DNA of 64,000 nt from Mobula birostris (Eukaryota), in contig NC_092378.1 of NCBI RefSeq assembly GCF_030028105.1, positions 127,523,731 through 127,587,730 of the forward strand, read 5' to 3'. Under the pieces are notes generated by a model. It was not told where the DNA came from, did not search any database, and worked only from the letters and a program-made list of their open reading frames with translations. The number at the start of each line of letters is the position of its first letter. The stretch's first letter is position 1. Of the stretch, positions 12,401-24,405 are shown piece by piece. The translations under genes were made by a program, and so were the position numbers.

Positions 12401-15400
12401 ATTGACGTTGACAAACCCAGTGTGAGCACCTTTTTCATTTAGATTTGGAAGTTATACAATTTAATATTATTTTATCAGAAAAAGAATCATCAGAACTATG
12501 GACTAAATGTCATTTTCCTTGCACATTAAATAAAGACAATATTTTTAAGTTGGACAGAAAATCTACGATGATCTGCTTTAGAATGTGTTTCAGAGTTCTA
12601 AAATGCATCTATTCCAAATGATCAATCTAACCAATAAATATTGATTTATTAATTTGAGAGTCAATGATATAATACATTTTTCAACATATATATTATTGTA
12701 AATGTATTACATTTTATAAATATATATACACACACACATGTATACATTATATCTGTGTGTATATATATATATAAAATCACATATGTGGTTCACTGGCTTG
12801 TTATATCAAGATTATTTTAATGTTTAATTGCTTTCCTAGTTTATTATGGCATTTACTTATTTAAAACAAAACCAATAATGAACAGGGAAAGTTGTAAGAG
12901 TGTATTAAACTGGTAATGATGAAATATGGATTTATGTTGACTGGATATAAAATTAAAGGATAATGCATTTTAACCTGAGAACTTGTATCCAAATCAATCT
13001 GTTATATTTCTATGTGAGCAAAAATATGTCCCATTGAAGCAGAAGAGAAATTTGAAAATCATTTTCACCATCAATATCTAAAATACCCATTGTAAACTTC
13101 TCAAACTCTAGAAATACATTGCATTCAGTGAATTCACACTCCCACAATGACTGAAATCCATGCTTCAGTAGATATCGCATTTACATTCCCATTGTGGCTT
13201 TCATGGTGTGAATTTTCAAAGCATTTCATATACCAAAATGCATTCTGAATTGCAATAATTGCTGTTATTTTGGTATTCATTGGCAGTCATTGTACAGCAG
13301 CAGTGATATACAAGTTATCAACCAATCCATTTTACATGAAGATTTTCTTTTTAAATGAGAGAAATTTTATCCAATAAACTTGAAACATTTCCTGACCTTT
13401 TGTATAGTGCCGTGGGACCTGTTATATCCACTTAAACCAAGAGAATAGGAAGATCAGGACAGTTTAACATTCTCATCTCAAGAATGCCTCCTTTAACAAT
13501 GGGGCTCTAGAGCTATTATGAATTGTCAGCCTGGGTTTTATGCTCAAAGCCTGATGTAGATCTTGTTGCAACTCAGTTAAACAGGAATGAAAGAGTACAC
13601 AGTATTCGATAGAACATTTAGCAAACATTTTTTCAAAAGTTATTTGCTGCTGCCAGGGTATGAAACTAATTGTTCTTGGTGCAGAAAATAGGAAAAGGTT
13701 AAGTTAACATATTAAAAAAATGTATATAAACTGTTCAAGCTGGGCATAATACACTTACATCACTTCATTCCTAATAATTTAAGATAGCTCAGAAATCCGT
13801 TTTAGTGCTTAGTGCATATATGTTTTTTTTGCCTAACGATTTGTTGATAATTCAAATTGTTTCTATTTTAGAGCTGTATTTGCCCCAGCCTGTCTATCAC
13901 ACACTCTGATCTCTAAGAGGTAAGGTATTATTATGTTAAACAAGTTGATAGCTCTTATATACAATATTATTGTGTTTGGTACTCTTCCATTGAGAATTAG
14001 CTTATTAAACCACTTATAAGTTGCTTAAAGATTTCCTCTGAAGAATACTTCATCATTCTTACCCTTAATGAAGCTGCTAGACAAAGGAAGGTAGTGCTGC
14101 ATAGCTAATTTTAAAACCTTTTGAAAACGGGTAAAATTTTAATTATACTAATGATTGTCTCACCAAAATTGGGTAAAATGATGTCATGACTCGTAAACTA
14201 ATCTAAATTATGTAAAACTACATTTACTTCATAATCTTTTGCGTGAAAATTCCAAGAGTCAGATATGTGCTTCTGCTTTTATTGCTTTCAATCTTTAAAA
14301 CTTATAGGTTTGAATACACTGTCAGCTTGACAGGCTTTTAAACTAACATACAGTACTAAATTTTTTTAAATACAGAAAATGCATTTTAGGAAATTAATTC
14401 TGTGAAACATAATGGGTGGAATCACTCTGACAGCTAATTGCTGGGTTCTGAGAAAACTAATTTGTACTCACGACCAGCTGGTGGTACCTCTGTAAAAAAA
14501 CTGCATCACACTAATGATTAGAAATAAAGAAAGACATATTATCTTTACTTGTCACGTATACATCGAAACATACACTGAATTGCTTTGCTTGGTTCAAATC
14601 GAATCAGTGAGGATTGTGCTGTGCTGCCTGCAAGTGTCACCATACTTCTGGCGCCAACACAGCATACCCGCAACTTTAGCTGGTGATTCTGAGAGAATTC
14701 GACCACACTGACAGCTAGTGGGTGGTGTTGTAGTGAACTAGACCATGCGGTGATATTGCTGCTGGTTCTGTAAAGAACTGGGTCACTCCAATGATTAGCT
14801 GGTGAGAGAGCCCTGTCAGACTGACAGCTCACTCGTGGGGCTGTAGTAAACTAGATGGTGCTGACAGCTAGCTGGTAGTTCTGCAGAGAATTGGATCCCA
14901 CTGACAGCTAGTGGCTGGTTCTGTACAGAACTGCCTGCTAAAATCAGAACGCACTGCAGCACAGAAGTATGGAATGTACTCGAGGTCAGATGTAGGCCAT
15001 CTGCCATCTTACTCCACCCCTGGACTCAATAACCTACTGAGCTGAGGGGCCGGGTATACTTTCAATGTTCATTTTAAAGTCTGGCTATCTTGTCCTTTTT
15101 TCACAATCATATTATATTAATTGACAATAATTTAATGTATTTTGAAATTATTTTTAATCTATTATTTAACTTTTAATTATTTAATTTACCTGTTTCAAAT
15201 GACTGATTATCAGAGATGTTTATGAGAGTGAAGCAGGCATTTGACAGCACTAGTTAGGAAAGACCGCCCGGCTAGTGGAATCTCTTTGGTGACCACTGGT
15301 GACCTTCTCCTCTCAGGGGACAGTTACGGAAGTGAAAAGTGAGACCATAAGATATGTGAGCACAATTAGGCCGTTTGACCTGCTTCACCATTCTATCATG

Positions 15401-18400
15401 GCTGATTTATTATCCCTCTCCATCTATCATTCCCATTCTCCTACCTTCTCCCTATAACCTTTGAGGCCCTTGCTAATCAAGAACTATCAACCTCCACTTC
15501 AAGTATACCAAATGACTTGTTCTCCACAGCCGACTGTGTCAGTGAATTCCGTAATGAATTCACCGCTCTCTGGCTAAAGAAAATTCAAGATTGTGGGGAA
15601 CAGTGCAGCCTTTAGGGGGTTAATAGGGTTGTAGAATGAGACCGAAGGGTGGTCACAGATCACAGATCAAATAGAGCCTAGTTCTTGCATACTTTATATG
15701 TTGTCTTGACAGATTTTTATATCAACACATTAGGCATTCTTTAATACATAAAATGTATTTTGCGTAGAGAGTTGAATCTTCCAACATTTTGGAAATGATG
15801 ATGATGGAACAGGAGCAAAAATGAAATAAGAATAGATCACAAAAGTTTTAAAGGTTTGTTTGTAATTGGGATGAGAGGAGTAAAGGAACAAGTACTTAAG
15901 TACAAGTTGCAGAGCTCACAATTTGTGACCAGTGAAGAAGTTAACAGTTAGATGTGAAGTGGGACTGAAGGATCAGTGATTCTGTACAGGATTGGAAGGC
16001 TGGAGAACAATACCAATGCAAAACAAGGGAAGGACAATGATATTTTAACCACAGGGATCTCAATGACCAGGAATAAAGTGATGATGGTTACAGGTTGATC
16101 CTTGCACTATTCTAATCACAGACATACTTTATGTTGGATCCTGATGCTTTTGTGATCCCGAGATTTTTTGGAAGCCCAGAACGAGGTATAAAGCTTATTG
16201 CTAGCAATTTTATTGAGTGCTGTGTGAACAAAGAGAAAACAAAGGAAAAAGTAGTCATGGTTGTCTCATACTCAGACTAGATAGCATGAAAAATTTCAGT
16301 GATAGCAATTAGCCCATTAAATAGCCAGATTCAAGTGATATGACACCTGCTACTGAAAACCAAGAAGTTTCTGGACAAATACAGAAGTAACCTTATTCCT
16401 TTGTGGCCTTTCCTTGCTTTGCTTTGGTATTGTTCTCCAGCATTCTAATCCTGCACAGAATCTCTGGCAATCCTGCACAGAATCCTTCAATCCTAGTTCA
16501 CACCCAATAGCTAACTCCTTCATTGGTCACAAACTGTACTCATAATACTGGAAAATTCACTGAACAATTACATGTATATAAGTGATTGTATAAAATTCCA
16601 AGCAAGCACAGGAAAGTTAACCTACAATAAAAGTGCCAATTTTACACCCAAATCCAACACATAGTATCACAGAATAGTGGAAATGTGCAGCAGGGAAACA
16701 GACCCATTGTCCTACTGACTCTGTGGTGACATTCAACTTACTTGTTTACACTAATCCTACATTAATCTCATTTATTCTTCTCATCAACTCCTCCCAAAGT
16801 CTACAACTCACCTACACACTAGGGGAAATGAGCAACATACAATGGGCAATTAATCTAGGAGGAAACTGGAGTACCAGTTCTATCCATTAGTACAGGAGAA
16901 TGTACACCACAGATACAGCACCCACAGTCAAAATTGAACCTGGGTGTCCAGCATTGAGATGTAGTGGTCTTACTACTGCCCCTCTATTTTAGTTTCAAAT
17001 TAATTGCCCTCAAGCAAAATTACTCCCAAAGAAGCTTGACAAGAATGGGACTTGTGGAGATGAGGGACCTTGTATCGAAGAAATTGCAGTTTATGGTATT
17101 CAGGACAAGGTACAGTTTATGTAGGGTTCAGATGACAACAGAAGGCTCACTTTGGGAATCATAAGATGAATTAGTGAAAATAACAGCTTGGGCCACAACG
17201 GGAGATGATAGGAATACAGCCATATTTTGCAATACAGAAAAGGCAATCTGACATGGAAAAGGATAACCCTTTGAGTTTAAGCAGGTCAGAAGAATTAGTG
17301 GAGTCCTTAGTTGTTTAAAGTTCCACTTGAATAAAAAAATTCACCTAATTAATTATTTGTGTTTCTCCACGAAAGACCAAAAACTAACACTAAGAACATC
17401 TGGTTCATTTTACATTCTGTTTTAAATATATTTGAACAAGGACTTCTATTAAATAATGTTGATTTTAGCCAAACTTGAGGTTAATATTCAGCAAACATTT
17501 AGCCCTTTGTTTTTTTATTGTTTAATTAACTTCTTAAGGCATACATAGGTACAAATATCAAACAGTCATTTAATACTGTTTCTTCTCTTACTTGATGTCA
17601 TAAAAATTTGGAATTTAGCTGTCAGTAATTTTACAGTAATTCGTGATCTGCACAATTGGTATTAGACTTCAGAACCTTGTCATGCAGTAGGTGTTACCTA
17701 AAATGATTGATTTCAACTTTACGCACTAATTATTGCCAAGGGTGATGACAAGGCCACTGGCTCTTTTTTAACCCAATTTAACAGTGTTAGGCTTGTAGAT
17801 TTAGAAACAAGTAACATTCATTTGAGTTTATTCTTAGTCTAACTCTGCCCAGCATGCTCAGGCCTCTCCTTGGCTAGTTGGGCCTTCTTGGCCAAGGAAA
17901 GGCTGGCATATTCTTGATGTTTACATTATTGGACAGCAGTGAAATGAAAATCACTGGTGAAGTCTGCTTGCTCATTAAGGCCTTCTGCAAAATCTGACAA
18001 ATATGATGCAAAATAATTTCAGAGGTGCATGAATGCCGAAGATGTGGAACAACCTGGGAGCCTGATTTATGCAAATACAGTGTGCTGTATGATGGAAGTG
18101 TGATGTTGTGAAGGCAGATTTCAGAAAACTCACAAAAAGTTGTGCATTTCTCCAGGCCACTTAATTGGCTTCATCCAAATCATAGTTAAGGTTAAATAAA
18201 ATGTTTACTCGCTACATCCATCCCAACATCTAGTCTCCTGATATAAAAATAAGGAAGTGGAAAGCTCCACACACAAAATAATGGAGGTCAGGTAGCATCT
18301 ATGGAAATGAATAAACAGTCGATGTTTGGGGCTGAGATCCTTCTTCAGGACTGGAAAGTGAAAAGCCCAAATGATCATCAATTCAAGCATCCATAAAAAG

Positions 18401-21400
18401 AGATGTCAGTTGGCTTGAAGAAAGTAAGTTACCACCAAATTTAATCCCAAGTAGTAACTGCACCTTGCTGGTTCTGATTTCTAATCAACCAATCTGCTGC
18501 TCATATCAAAGATACCAGCCCTTTACCTTTCCCACCCAGTTGGCTTCACCTATCACGTTCCAGCTAGCCTACTCCCCTCCCCACCACCATTTTATTCTGG
18601 CGTCTCCGCCCTTCCTTCTCAATCCCAAAGAAGGGTCTCAGCCCAAAACGCTGACTGTATTTCTCATTTCCATTAATGCTGCCTGACCTACTGAGTTCCT
18701 CCAGCATTTTGTGTGTGTTGGGTTGAATAAGAAAACATTGTAGCTTGTCTATAAAAATGATCATGTCGTCCTTTAATTTGCATTGCATTGGAAGTCATAA
18801 ATATCAGTAGTTTCACAGTGAATAAGGCATTGCACAAAAATGGTACATTCCTTTAACAGTCTCATTCCCAATTGGTTTACAGATCACACACTGCTGACGT
18901 TAACTGGAAACCTATTGATATCCTTGTTTTAACATTTATTATCAAGTGCAGATCAATGCCTGGTCAAGTGGCAGCACTTCCTGACCTTTTTTTTGTTGTA
19001 GGTTAGCAATTGGGCCTCCTTGACCCAGTAGCATCTGAGAAATCATTGATTTTTATCTCTCCTGACAGGTGTAAAATGGACATCACCACTTACTCATTAA
19101 AACCTGCTTTTTCATATGACAGGCCTGTGAGCCACAATCCTGCTGGACGGGTGCCAGGAATTACCATAGATCCACTTCAACCGTGATGCTGATAAAGTTT
19201 GCACTAGAGAGCACTTCATCAGCAAGTAGAGATTCACAGGTATAGGTAACATAAAGGTGCTCACTACCTTTATGTAGCTAAAAAGACAGCCAAGCACTTG
19301 ACATACAGTGGGAAGGGAGATGATAGTGGCGAAAGGTCAGGGGTTGAACCTTGTCCTCTTTAGCTCCTGCTCAAAACCACAAGAACTTGATTTATATGGT
19401 GATATTAATGTACAAAAAGGTACATATTGAAGGAGAGAACTGTACACTGGATGATCTAAAGAGGTGAGTCCTCAGAATGCTGGGATTTCGAGCACATTCC
19501 AGAACTGAAGCTACCTGACTCTCAAAGGCCAGGCTGCTTTTGCAGGTAATGCATGCTCCAAGCCATCACTGACTTGTCCACTGAAGCAGGAGCATGGTCT
19601 TCACACTCAATATCCACTTGACAAACTACTCATTATGTACGTGGCAATGCAGAGAGTGGTACGGACAGCCCACCGCATCTGTGGACGTGAACTTCCCTCC
19701 ATTGAGGTCATTTGCAGCAGCAGGTATATAAAGAAGGTCTGGAAGATCATCAGGGGCACCACTCACCCCAGCCATAAACCACTTCAGCTGCTCCCATCTG
19801 GCAAACAGCACCCCAGCATAAAAAACAGGTCAAATGCGCTATGGGACAGCTTTTTTCTACAAGCCATTAGACTTGTAAATTCACATATCTGTACACTGTG
19901 ACAGAGTCATAGCTCAAAGATTTTTACTCCCTCACATTGTGGGGTGGATGTAAGATTTAAATAAATTCAATACTTCAATCTAGGTGTCCATGATGCACTG
20001 CGCACCCTCCAGTAATAAAGTTTCATGGCAAGCACTGGAAACGTGGATTTATGTCTTGGGAATCATTGCTTGGTAAGGTCAAACATCAGTAATGAAATTC
20101 ATCACTGCCTTCAAGATTTTAGTCGATTGAGGAAACGGCTATTTGAAGATCAAGACCAGGACTGGCACGAAACTCACACACAGAAGCAATTCATATCTTC
20201 CTGTAACCTTCCAAGATATGGACCATCTAAAGCAGGCACTAGAAAGATACCACCAAGTTGATATTCAAAAAAAAAATCCTCCAAAATTACTGGAAGGGTA
20301 AGTTGGAAGTATCCTCTCCCAGGGCAACATCATCAACTCTGAGACACAGGTGAGCATGCTGGACAGATTAGACTGACTCCAGATTCCCAAAACAGGCACA
20401 CATTCTCATGCTCTGTCATGGGAAGAGATTACCAGCTGAATAGGGAAAAAGGATGTGCTCAACCCATTTTCAAAGAATTGCATCATTTCCACTGAGTCCG
20501 AGGCATCTCTGACCCATGACTGCTCAAGGCGGAGAATGACGATTCCGGATAGCAATTGTTAGATGCACACAGAATACCGATTTTTTAAAGAAAGTAGGAC
20601 GACTGCACAACCTCATGGTACGTTTCTACAGCATCACTCCCTCCCGCACACCCCTTTGTACCATTTCTGGTTTTCACACTGATTCATCAACAACCTCAGG
20701 ACGCACAACAACAAAGTACAAGCAAGCTATTCTTGTTCTCTTGGAACTACCCAGGAAGATGAATAGGTGGGTGAAGGTGGAGACATATTTGGGAGATGAA
20801 TTCTAGAACCTGAGCAAATTTAACAGACAATTTAGCCAATGGTTTTCTCTCTCTTAATATGCATCACAGACAGCTTTGGCTGCTCGATCAAAGGTTCAGT
20901 CAACTGAGAAGAGAGTGGTGGACACTGAGAGAGTCAAAGGAAGCGGGGACGGGGTCGACTGCAGATTTCAGTGGCATTCTGGACTCAGGGCCTCAAGCTG
21001 CGAGATTACCTGTTTACAGCCGCCGGGAGAGAGAGGAGTCGGAGCTGGTGCACTCCGTTGGGGGCTGTGTGGCGTGGGTTCCTGGCAGGAGTCAGCACTG
21101 CCGTTCCGCCAGTGTTCATTCGGCAGAAGGCAAGCTATACTTTGGTCAACTGCAGAATTTCTGCGGCATTCATGGACTCAAGGTCTGGAGTTTTTTTTAC
21201 GTGGATGTATTGTACTGTTATCTTAGATGTGCTTTCTATCTTGTATTTGTGTTATGTGTGCTTTGTGCTGTGTGTCTCTGTTGGTACTGTGTTTTGCACC
21301 TTGTAAGATACAGAAGGCACTGGCGTGGAGGGCAATAAACGACATGAAGGAAATCTGGATGTCGAAACTGACAAGAGGGCTTAAAAAGAGGATTTTCATA

Positions 21401-24400
21401 GCGGTCATAGAGCCCATTCTCACGTATGGATGTGAGACGTGGACGCTGACCAAGACTATGCGAAAGTCTCTAGATGGTTGCTATACACGAATGCTCCGGA
21501 TGGCTCTTGACGTGGGTTGGCAACAGCACATGACGAACGTCGAGCTCTATAACAACCTACCGACGCTCCCCACTAAAATCGAGGCGAGAAGACTGCAAAT
21601 AGCAGGGCACTGTCTACGCCACCCCAAGCTACCTGCCAGGCTAGTCATCATATGGGAGCCCAAGCACGGGAGGATGAACCCTGGGCGCCCTCAGGACTAT
21701 GGTCAACACGCTCCTAGAAGACAGCGGCGGGGCTAATGTAGATGAACTGAACACACTGATGAGGGAGAGGGAGAAGTGGAGAGTCTGTCATCGTGCCCGA
21801 CGCCAGCTCTCTAGGCCTGAGTCGACGTAGTAATAGTAGTAGTAGTAGTTTGCACCTTGTATTCATGTATGGTTAAATGACAATTAAGCTTGAATTGAAT
21901 TGAAGTGACTAGATGTACAAATTCCAGCAATGATTGTACTGTGTAGTGTGGTAGTGCTGTTGGGTTGTAATATCATACTCCTCCCATGCCTTCCTTTGTG
22001 GGGCAAAGGACCACATTCAGCAATTTTTGGGGTGTAATTGCAGGAGATAATTGTGGTTCTAAGTTAGTGATGGTGGGGCTTAAAGTTCAAACAGAAAGAT
22101 GTAATGTGTAAATGTGGGGCTTGAGGGGCAGATATGTAAGTCAATGAGCACAGCATGGTAAGTCAGTGAACAGGAAATGAATGAGTAGGTGAATGAATAG
22201 AAAATGATTGGAATATCAGCATGTTGGATCGACTGAAGTTTACAGAACATGGAAATTATGAATCTGGCTGGGAGTGAGATGTGATAGTGACAGAGATGTG
22301 GATTGGGACGGTGACAGAGACATTTACTGGGATGACAACAGATGACAGACTGTGCAGGGTCAGATGTGAATGATACTATGGGGATAAAAGTTAAGAGTTT
22401 TGTGACTGACATTGAATAGAATGAAGACCTCATGAAAGATCTGTTGCATTTTCGAAAAGTTATATGACTCAGGTGTTGCCCTCATTCATCCTGCTCAAGT
22501 TCTGGAGTCTGACTTTAATGATCCTGTATTAAAGGAAGGAATTACATTTATATAAGTACCCCTGTCCTGAAGCACTGTTCAGCCAAAAATATACTTCTTG
22601 AAATGTAGTCAGTGTCAGAAAACATTGCAAACAATTTGCACAGAGTAAGCTCTCATTATAAATTGCAAAATGATCTTTACTAGAAAATCTGCACAAAACC
22701 ATAGGACCTATTAATATTCACCTAAGAATATAGATAGGATCTCATTTTAATACCTTACCTGAATAACAACATCTTCAATAGCATAACACTGCCTCACAAC
22801 TGTAGTGCTATATCTGCTCAAATTGTGTGCCCGATTCTAGTTCTGACTCCGAATTATTGACCCACTGAATTTAGTTGACACTGGGGGTTAATGAAAGCTC
22901 AGACTTAGTCATTTGAATAGGAAACTCCAGAAATGATGAACATTTTATATTTGCTTATGTTCTGACAGTTACCATGAGAAACCAGAATTGTCCCCGGGAA
23001 GTTCAGGTCCCAATAACTTTGCTGCTTTTTTTCTGACTTCTAACTCAAGCTAGGCCTAAACTTTAACTGTATGAAATATGTCCTGTTTATATCTTTGCAA
23101 TGGATTCCAACTACATGATTGAGGAAAAAAATGATATGATACTGAATTACTGAGTAAACTTGTTTTCTTGGGGTTAAACTAAAATAACTGATTCTGTGCT
23201 ATTTTCTGGATGCAAGTTATTTTACAAGATAAATTGTAATGTATCCTATGGAAGCTGCCATGTTATTCTGAAGATTAGGCTAAGTCCTTATGCTCATAAA
23301 TAACTGTAGCTACTGCAAAGGAGTTGTTTTTTTTTGTCAATTTAGATTTTTATTTGTTGGCCATGTTCTTTGCTCACCTTTGGCGGTCTTGCGATAGAGA
23401 AGTCCAGTTAATTTCTGGAGTAGTAATAAAATTGCCTGTCAAGTTGGGTTTGCTTAACAGTAATTTTTTTTGGAAGGTATTAGATTTGGATTATTTGAAC
23501 CTTCGACTCTTATATTTACATAGTCAAACAAAAATTACTTGACACCTTTTAGTTCTGCTATCAGAAATGACCAAAAATGGTTCCAAATATCCAAGGGTAA
23601 CACATTAAGAAAATCATGATTCATTGTTGCCTAAGCTGACTTTTTTTTTGCTATATAAAACCATGATGATCAAACTTTTTACTAAACAAAGGTGAGTACT
23701 TGACAGAATAGAAAGGAGGTACCTAAAAAAGTGGCCACTGCGTATAAATTTGAAAACCAATGCAGACCTTTAGATCAAGGATTGTAGAACCATTGATGAC
23801 ACAACAGTGATTTGTAATGGTATATTTTCTGCTTGAATCAAACAACATGAAGTGACACAATTTGATTCATACAAAACCTGAAAGCAATGAAAAAACGAGA
23901 TCCAGAACCAATTCTTCACAGCTGGTCCATCAAGACTGCAGAACCATGGGTGCTTTGATGTTGACAGTTTATTAGAAGCTTTCAGATTAGTTTTATTTTT
24001 CCAAATTAATGAAACTGTTAAACTGGAAAGACAAACAGGTCTGTGTGTCAAATTACCACAACTTTCCCATTCATATAACAGTTCCTCATATTTCATTTCA
24101 GCAACTGGCTGGATTTTCATGTGAGGGGGGTTTCCTTGAACAGAGCACTCCAGTGCTGGGACCGAAGTCTTCAGGAAAACAAGAGTTCAAGACCCCCCGC
24201 CAGAAACTGTTCCTTCCACTTAATCGACCAGTGTCGTCTGCCACACTGCAACCCCACTTGCCCAGCACTTCGTGATCAGGTCACAGGTCAGGAGGTGAAC
24301 ATGATTCAGCTCCTGATGAACATGGGCTTTGATGTTCAGAGAATAGCACAGCAGCTTGGAATGGAACCCAGCCAACTGCTGGGGATGCTTAGTAATGGAG

Positions 24401-24405
24401 GTTAG
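429..24405 (+). CDS. notum2: Notum-family palmitoleoyl-protein carboxylesterase, notum2-like; 3' partial gene with 8 coding exons (429-489, 4126-4184, 4269-4371, 7463-7651, 9560-9657, 9741-9888, 13872-13919, 24102-24405)
   Basis: The spliced translation is continuous, phase-compatible and collinear with NOTUM: [33 protein letters not shown]...DYAFMGALI...[14 protein letters not shown]...DSGWFLD...WQCFFG...[12 protein letters not shown]...FAPACLSH...LQCWDRS...PHCNPTCP...LLGMLSNGG*. Residues [22 protein letters not shown] and SHTLI fit fish notum2 better than NOTUM/notum1 (from recall). Confidence 0.9.
588..893 (+). mobile_element. tRNA-derived SINE (shared head/core family, tail type 1)
   Basis: A box TGGCCAAGTGG 596-606, B box GTTCGAGCC 641-649, core GTGTCCTTGAGCAAGGCACTTAACCACAC shared with the copies at about 25075 and 58610. 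Confidence 0.85.
1742..2190 (-). mobile_element. Penelope-like element 3' end with hammerhead motif (1833-1870)
   Basis: Reverse complement of the 3' region of the 10090-11908 element; minus strand reads CAGTC-CTGATGA-AGGGTCTTGGCCT-GAAA-TGTC-AACTG. Confidence 0.75.
2755..3026 (-). mobile_element. Rex1/Babar-type LINE 3' end
   Basis: Minus-strand C-terminal peptide [16 protein letters not shown], then AATAAA and a tetranucleotide tail. Confidence 0.6.
3027..3335 (+). mobile_element. mariner-derived non-autonomous fragment
   Basis: Ends in [14 protein letters not shown], a mariner transposase C-terminus; contains internal inverted and direct repeats. Confidence 0.65.
3797..4030 (-). mobile_element. 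Rex1/Babar-type LINE 3' UTR/tail
   Basis: Reverse complement of the tail of the 56575-57200 copy. Confidence 0.65.
4126..4184 (+). CDS. notum2: notum2 coding exon 5, 59 bp
   Basis: aatag|C TTT GTG CCT TAT TGT TCA AGC GAT GTA TGG AGT GGT...CAA G|gtaaat encodes [19 protein letters not shown]. Confidence 0.94.
4269..4371 (+). CDS. notum2: notum2 coding exon 6, 103 bp, ending at a GC donor
   Basis: ttccag|AT GAC TAT GCA TTT ATG GGT...GCT GGA ACA AG|gcaagt encodes [33 protein letters not shown](S). Confidence 0.92.
4480..4905 (-). mobile_element. Rex1/Babar-type LINE 3' fragment
   Basis: [29 protein letters not shown] on the minus strand, with an (ATTCTG)n-type tail. Confidence 0.75.
7463..7651 (+). 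CDS. notum2: notum2 coding exon 7, 189 bp
   Basis: ttacag|T GCT GGT GGA ACT GGA...GGG CTC AG|gtaaac encodes [14 protein letters not shown]...[15 protein letters not shown]...IKKGL(R). Confidence 0.95.
8310..8500 (+). repeat. ancient MER131-like repeat remnant
   Basis: ATGTGGAATGGTCC...TTGATGGAGGAGTTTATGCAGTAGGATATGGTGCCTAAGGAAATTTGTCCC resembles my recollection of the MER131 consensus. Confidence 0.4.
9560..9657 (+). CDS. notum2: notum2 coding exon 8, 98 bp
   Basis: ttgcag|A TTG TGG AAT...TTA AGA T|gtaaat encodes [32 protein letters not shown]. Confidence 0.93.
9741..9888 (+). CDS. notum2: notum2 coding exon 9, 148 bp, containing the catalytic Asp
   Basis: tttcag|CC CCC GTG TTT GTG GTA CAA TGG CTA TTT GAC GAG...AAT GTA TC|gtaagt encodes [48 protein letters not shown]. 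Confidence 0.94.
10090..11908 (+). mobile_element. Penelope-like retroelement (decayed RT and GIY-YIG endonuclease, terminal hammerhead motif)
   Basis: Frameshifted RT motifs [26 protein letters not shown] and IPFSQFL; CxxxxCxxC linker ([10 protein letters not shown]); GIY-YIG-like [11 protein letters not shown]...CSRC...[16 protein letters not shown]; CTGATGA...GAAA at 11775-11798. Confidence 0.85.
13190..13600 (-). mobile_element. old DeuSINE-like (SacSINE1/AmnSINE1-type) remnant
   Basis: ATAGTGCCGTGGGACC...TCCAC...GTTTAACATTCTCATC...TGTCAGCCTGGGTTTTATGCTCAA resembles the reverse Deu domain; related sequence occurs at 22530-22880 and about 58890-59190. Confidence 0.5.
13872..13919 (+). CDS. 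notum2: notum2 coding exon 10, 48 bp, containing the catalytic His
   Basis: ttttag|A GCT GTA TTT GCC CCA GCC TGT CTA TCA CAC ACT CTG ATC TCT AAG AG|gtaagg encodes [15 protein letters not shown]. Confidence 0.92.
14424..14940. repeat. degenerate minisatellite (unit about 38 bp) interrupted by a repeat tail (about 14520-14675)
   Basis: Recurring ACTGACAGCTAG(C/T)GG...GGTTCTG(T)A.AGAACT units. Confidence 0.6.
15345..15585 (-). mobile_element. CR1 LINE 3' end
   Basis: GACCATAAGATAT... tail, homologous to the 36917 copy. Confidence 0.7.
16665..16980 (-). mobile_element. diverged V-SINE/HE1-like SINE
   Basis: GGAGGAAACTGGAGTACC V-domain motif and ATTGAACC reverse B box. Confidence 0.5.
18268..18725. 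mobile_element. inverted pair of Penelope-like terminal repeats
   Basis: Minus-orientation end at 18268-18358 and plus-orientation end at about 18500-18725, each with a degenerate hammerhead motif. Confidence 0.7.
19630..19970 (+). mobile_element. Rex1/Babar-type LINE 3' fragment
   Basis: [18 protein letters not shown]...[14 protein letters not shown]...[12 protein letters not shown]. Confidence 0.8.
19975..20760 (+). mobile_element. decayed RTE-clade LINE 3' portion
   Basis: Remnants [10 protein letters not shown] and [11 protein letters not shown], plus downstream RTE-like C-terminal sequence. Confidence 0.5.
21306..21848 (+). mobile_element. young 5'-truncated RTE-X/RTE LINE with a 13-bp TSD
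   Basis: ORF ...[15 protein letters not shown]...[12 protein letters not shown]...[12 protein letters not shown]...WEP...GRP; (TAG)n tail; TSD TTTGCACCTTGTA at 21293-21305 and 21849-21861. Confidence 0.88.
22530..22880 (-). mobile_element. old DeuSINE-like remnant
   Basis: Collinear with 13190-13600; includes an L2-type tail ATTACATTTATATA and TGAAATGTAGTCA. Confidence 0.45.
24102..24405 (+). CDS. notum2: notum2 terminal coding exon 11
   Basis: tttcag|C AAC TGG CTG GAT TTT CAT GTG AGG... encodes [22 protein letters not shown]...[18 protein letters not shown]...LLGMLSNGG, followed by TAG. Confidence 0.95.

Noticed and set aside
12715-12785. (TA)n/(CA)n/(TG)n palindromic tract (similar at 28738-28795)
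   Set aside because: An ordinary compound microsatellite; the self-complementarity follows from its composition
14424-14940. CRISPR-like repeat-spacer array
   Set aside because: The context is a eukaryotic intron, the units are diverged without unique spacers, and there are no cas genes
20859-21338. Overlapping 111-159 aa ORFs as a nested gene
   Set aside because: No recognisable domain; GC-rich then TG-rich low-complexity sequence belonging to a repeat with a LINE-like tail
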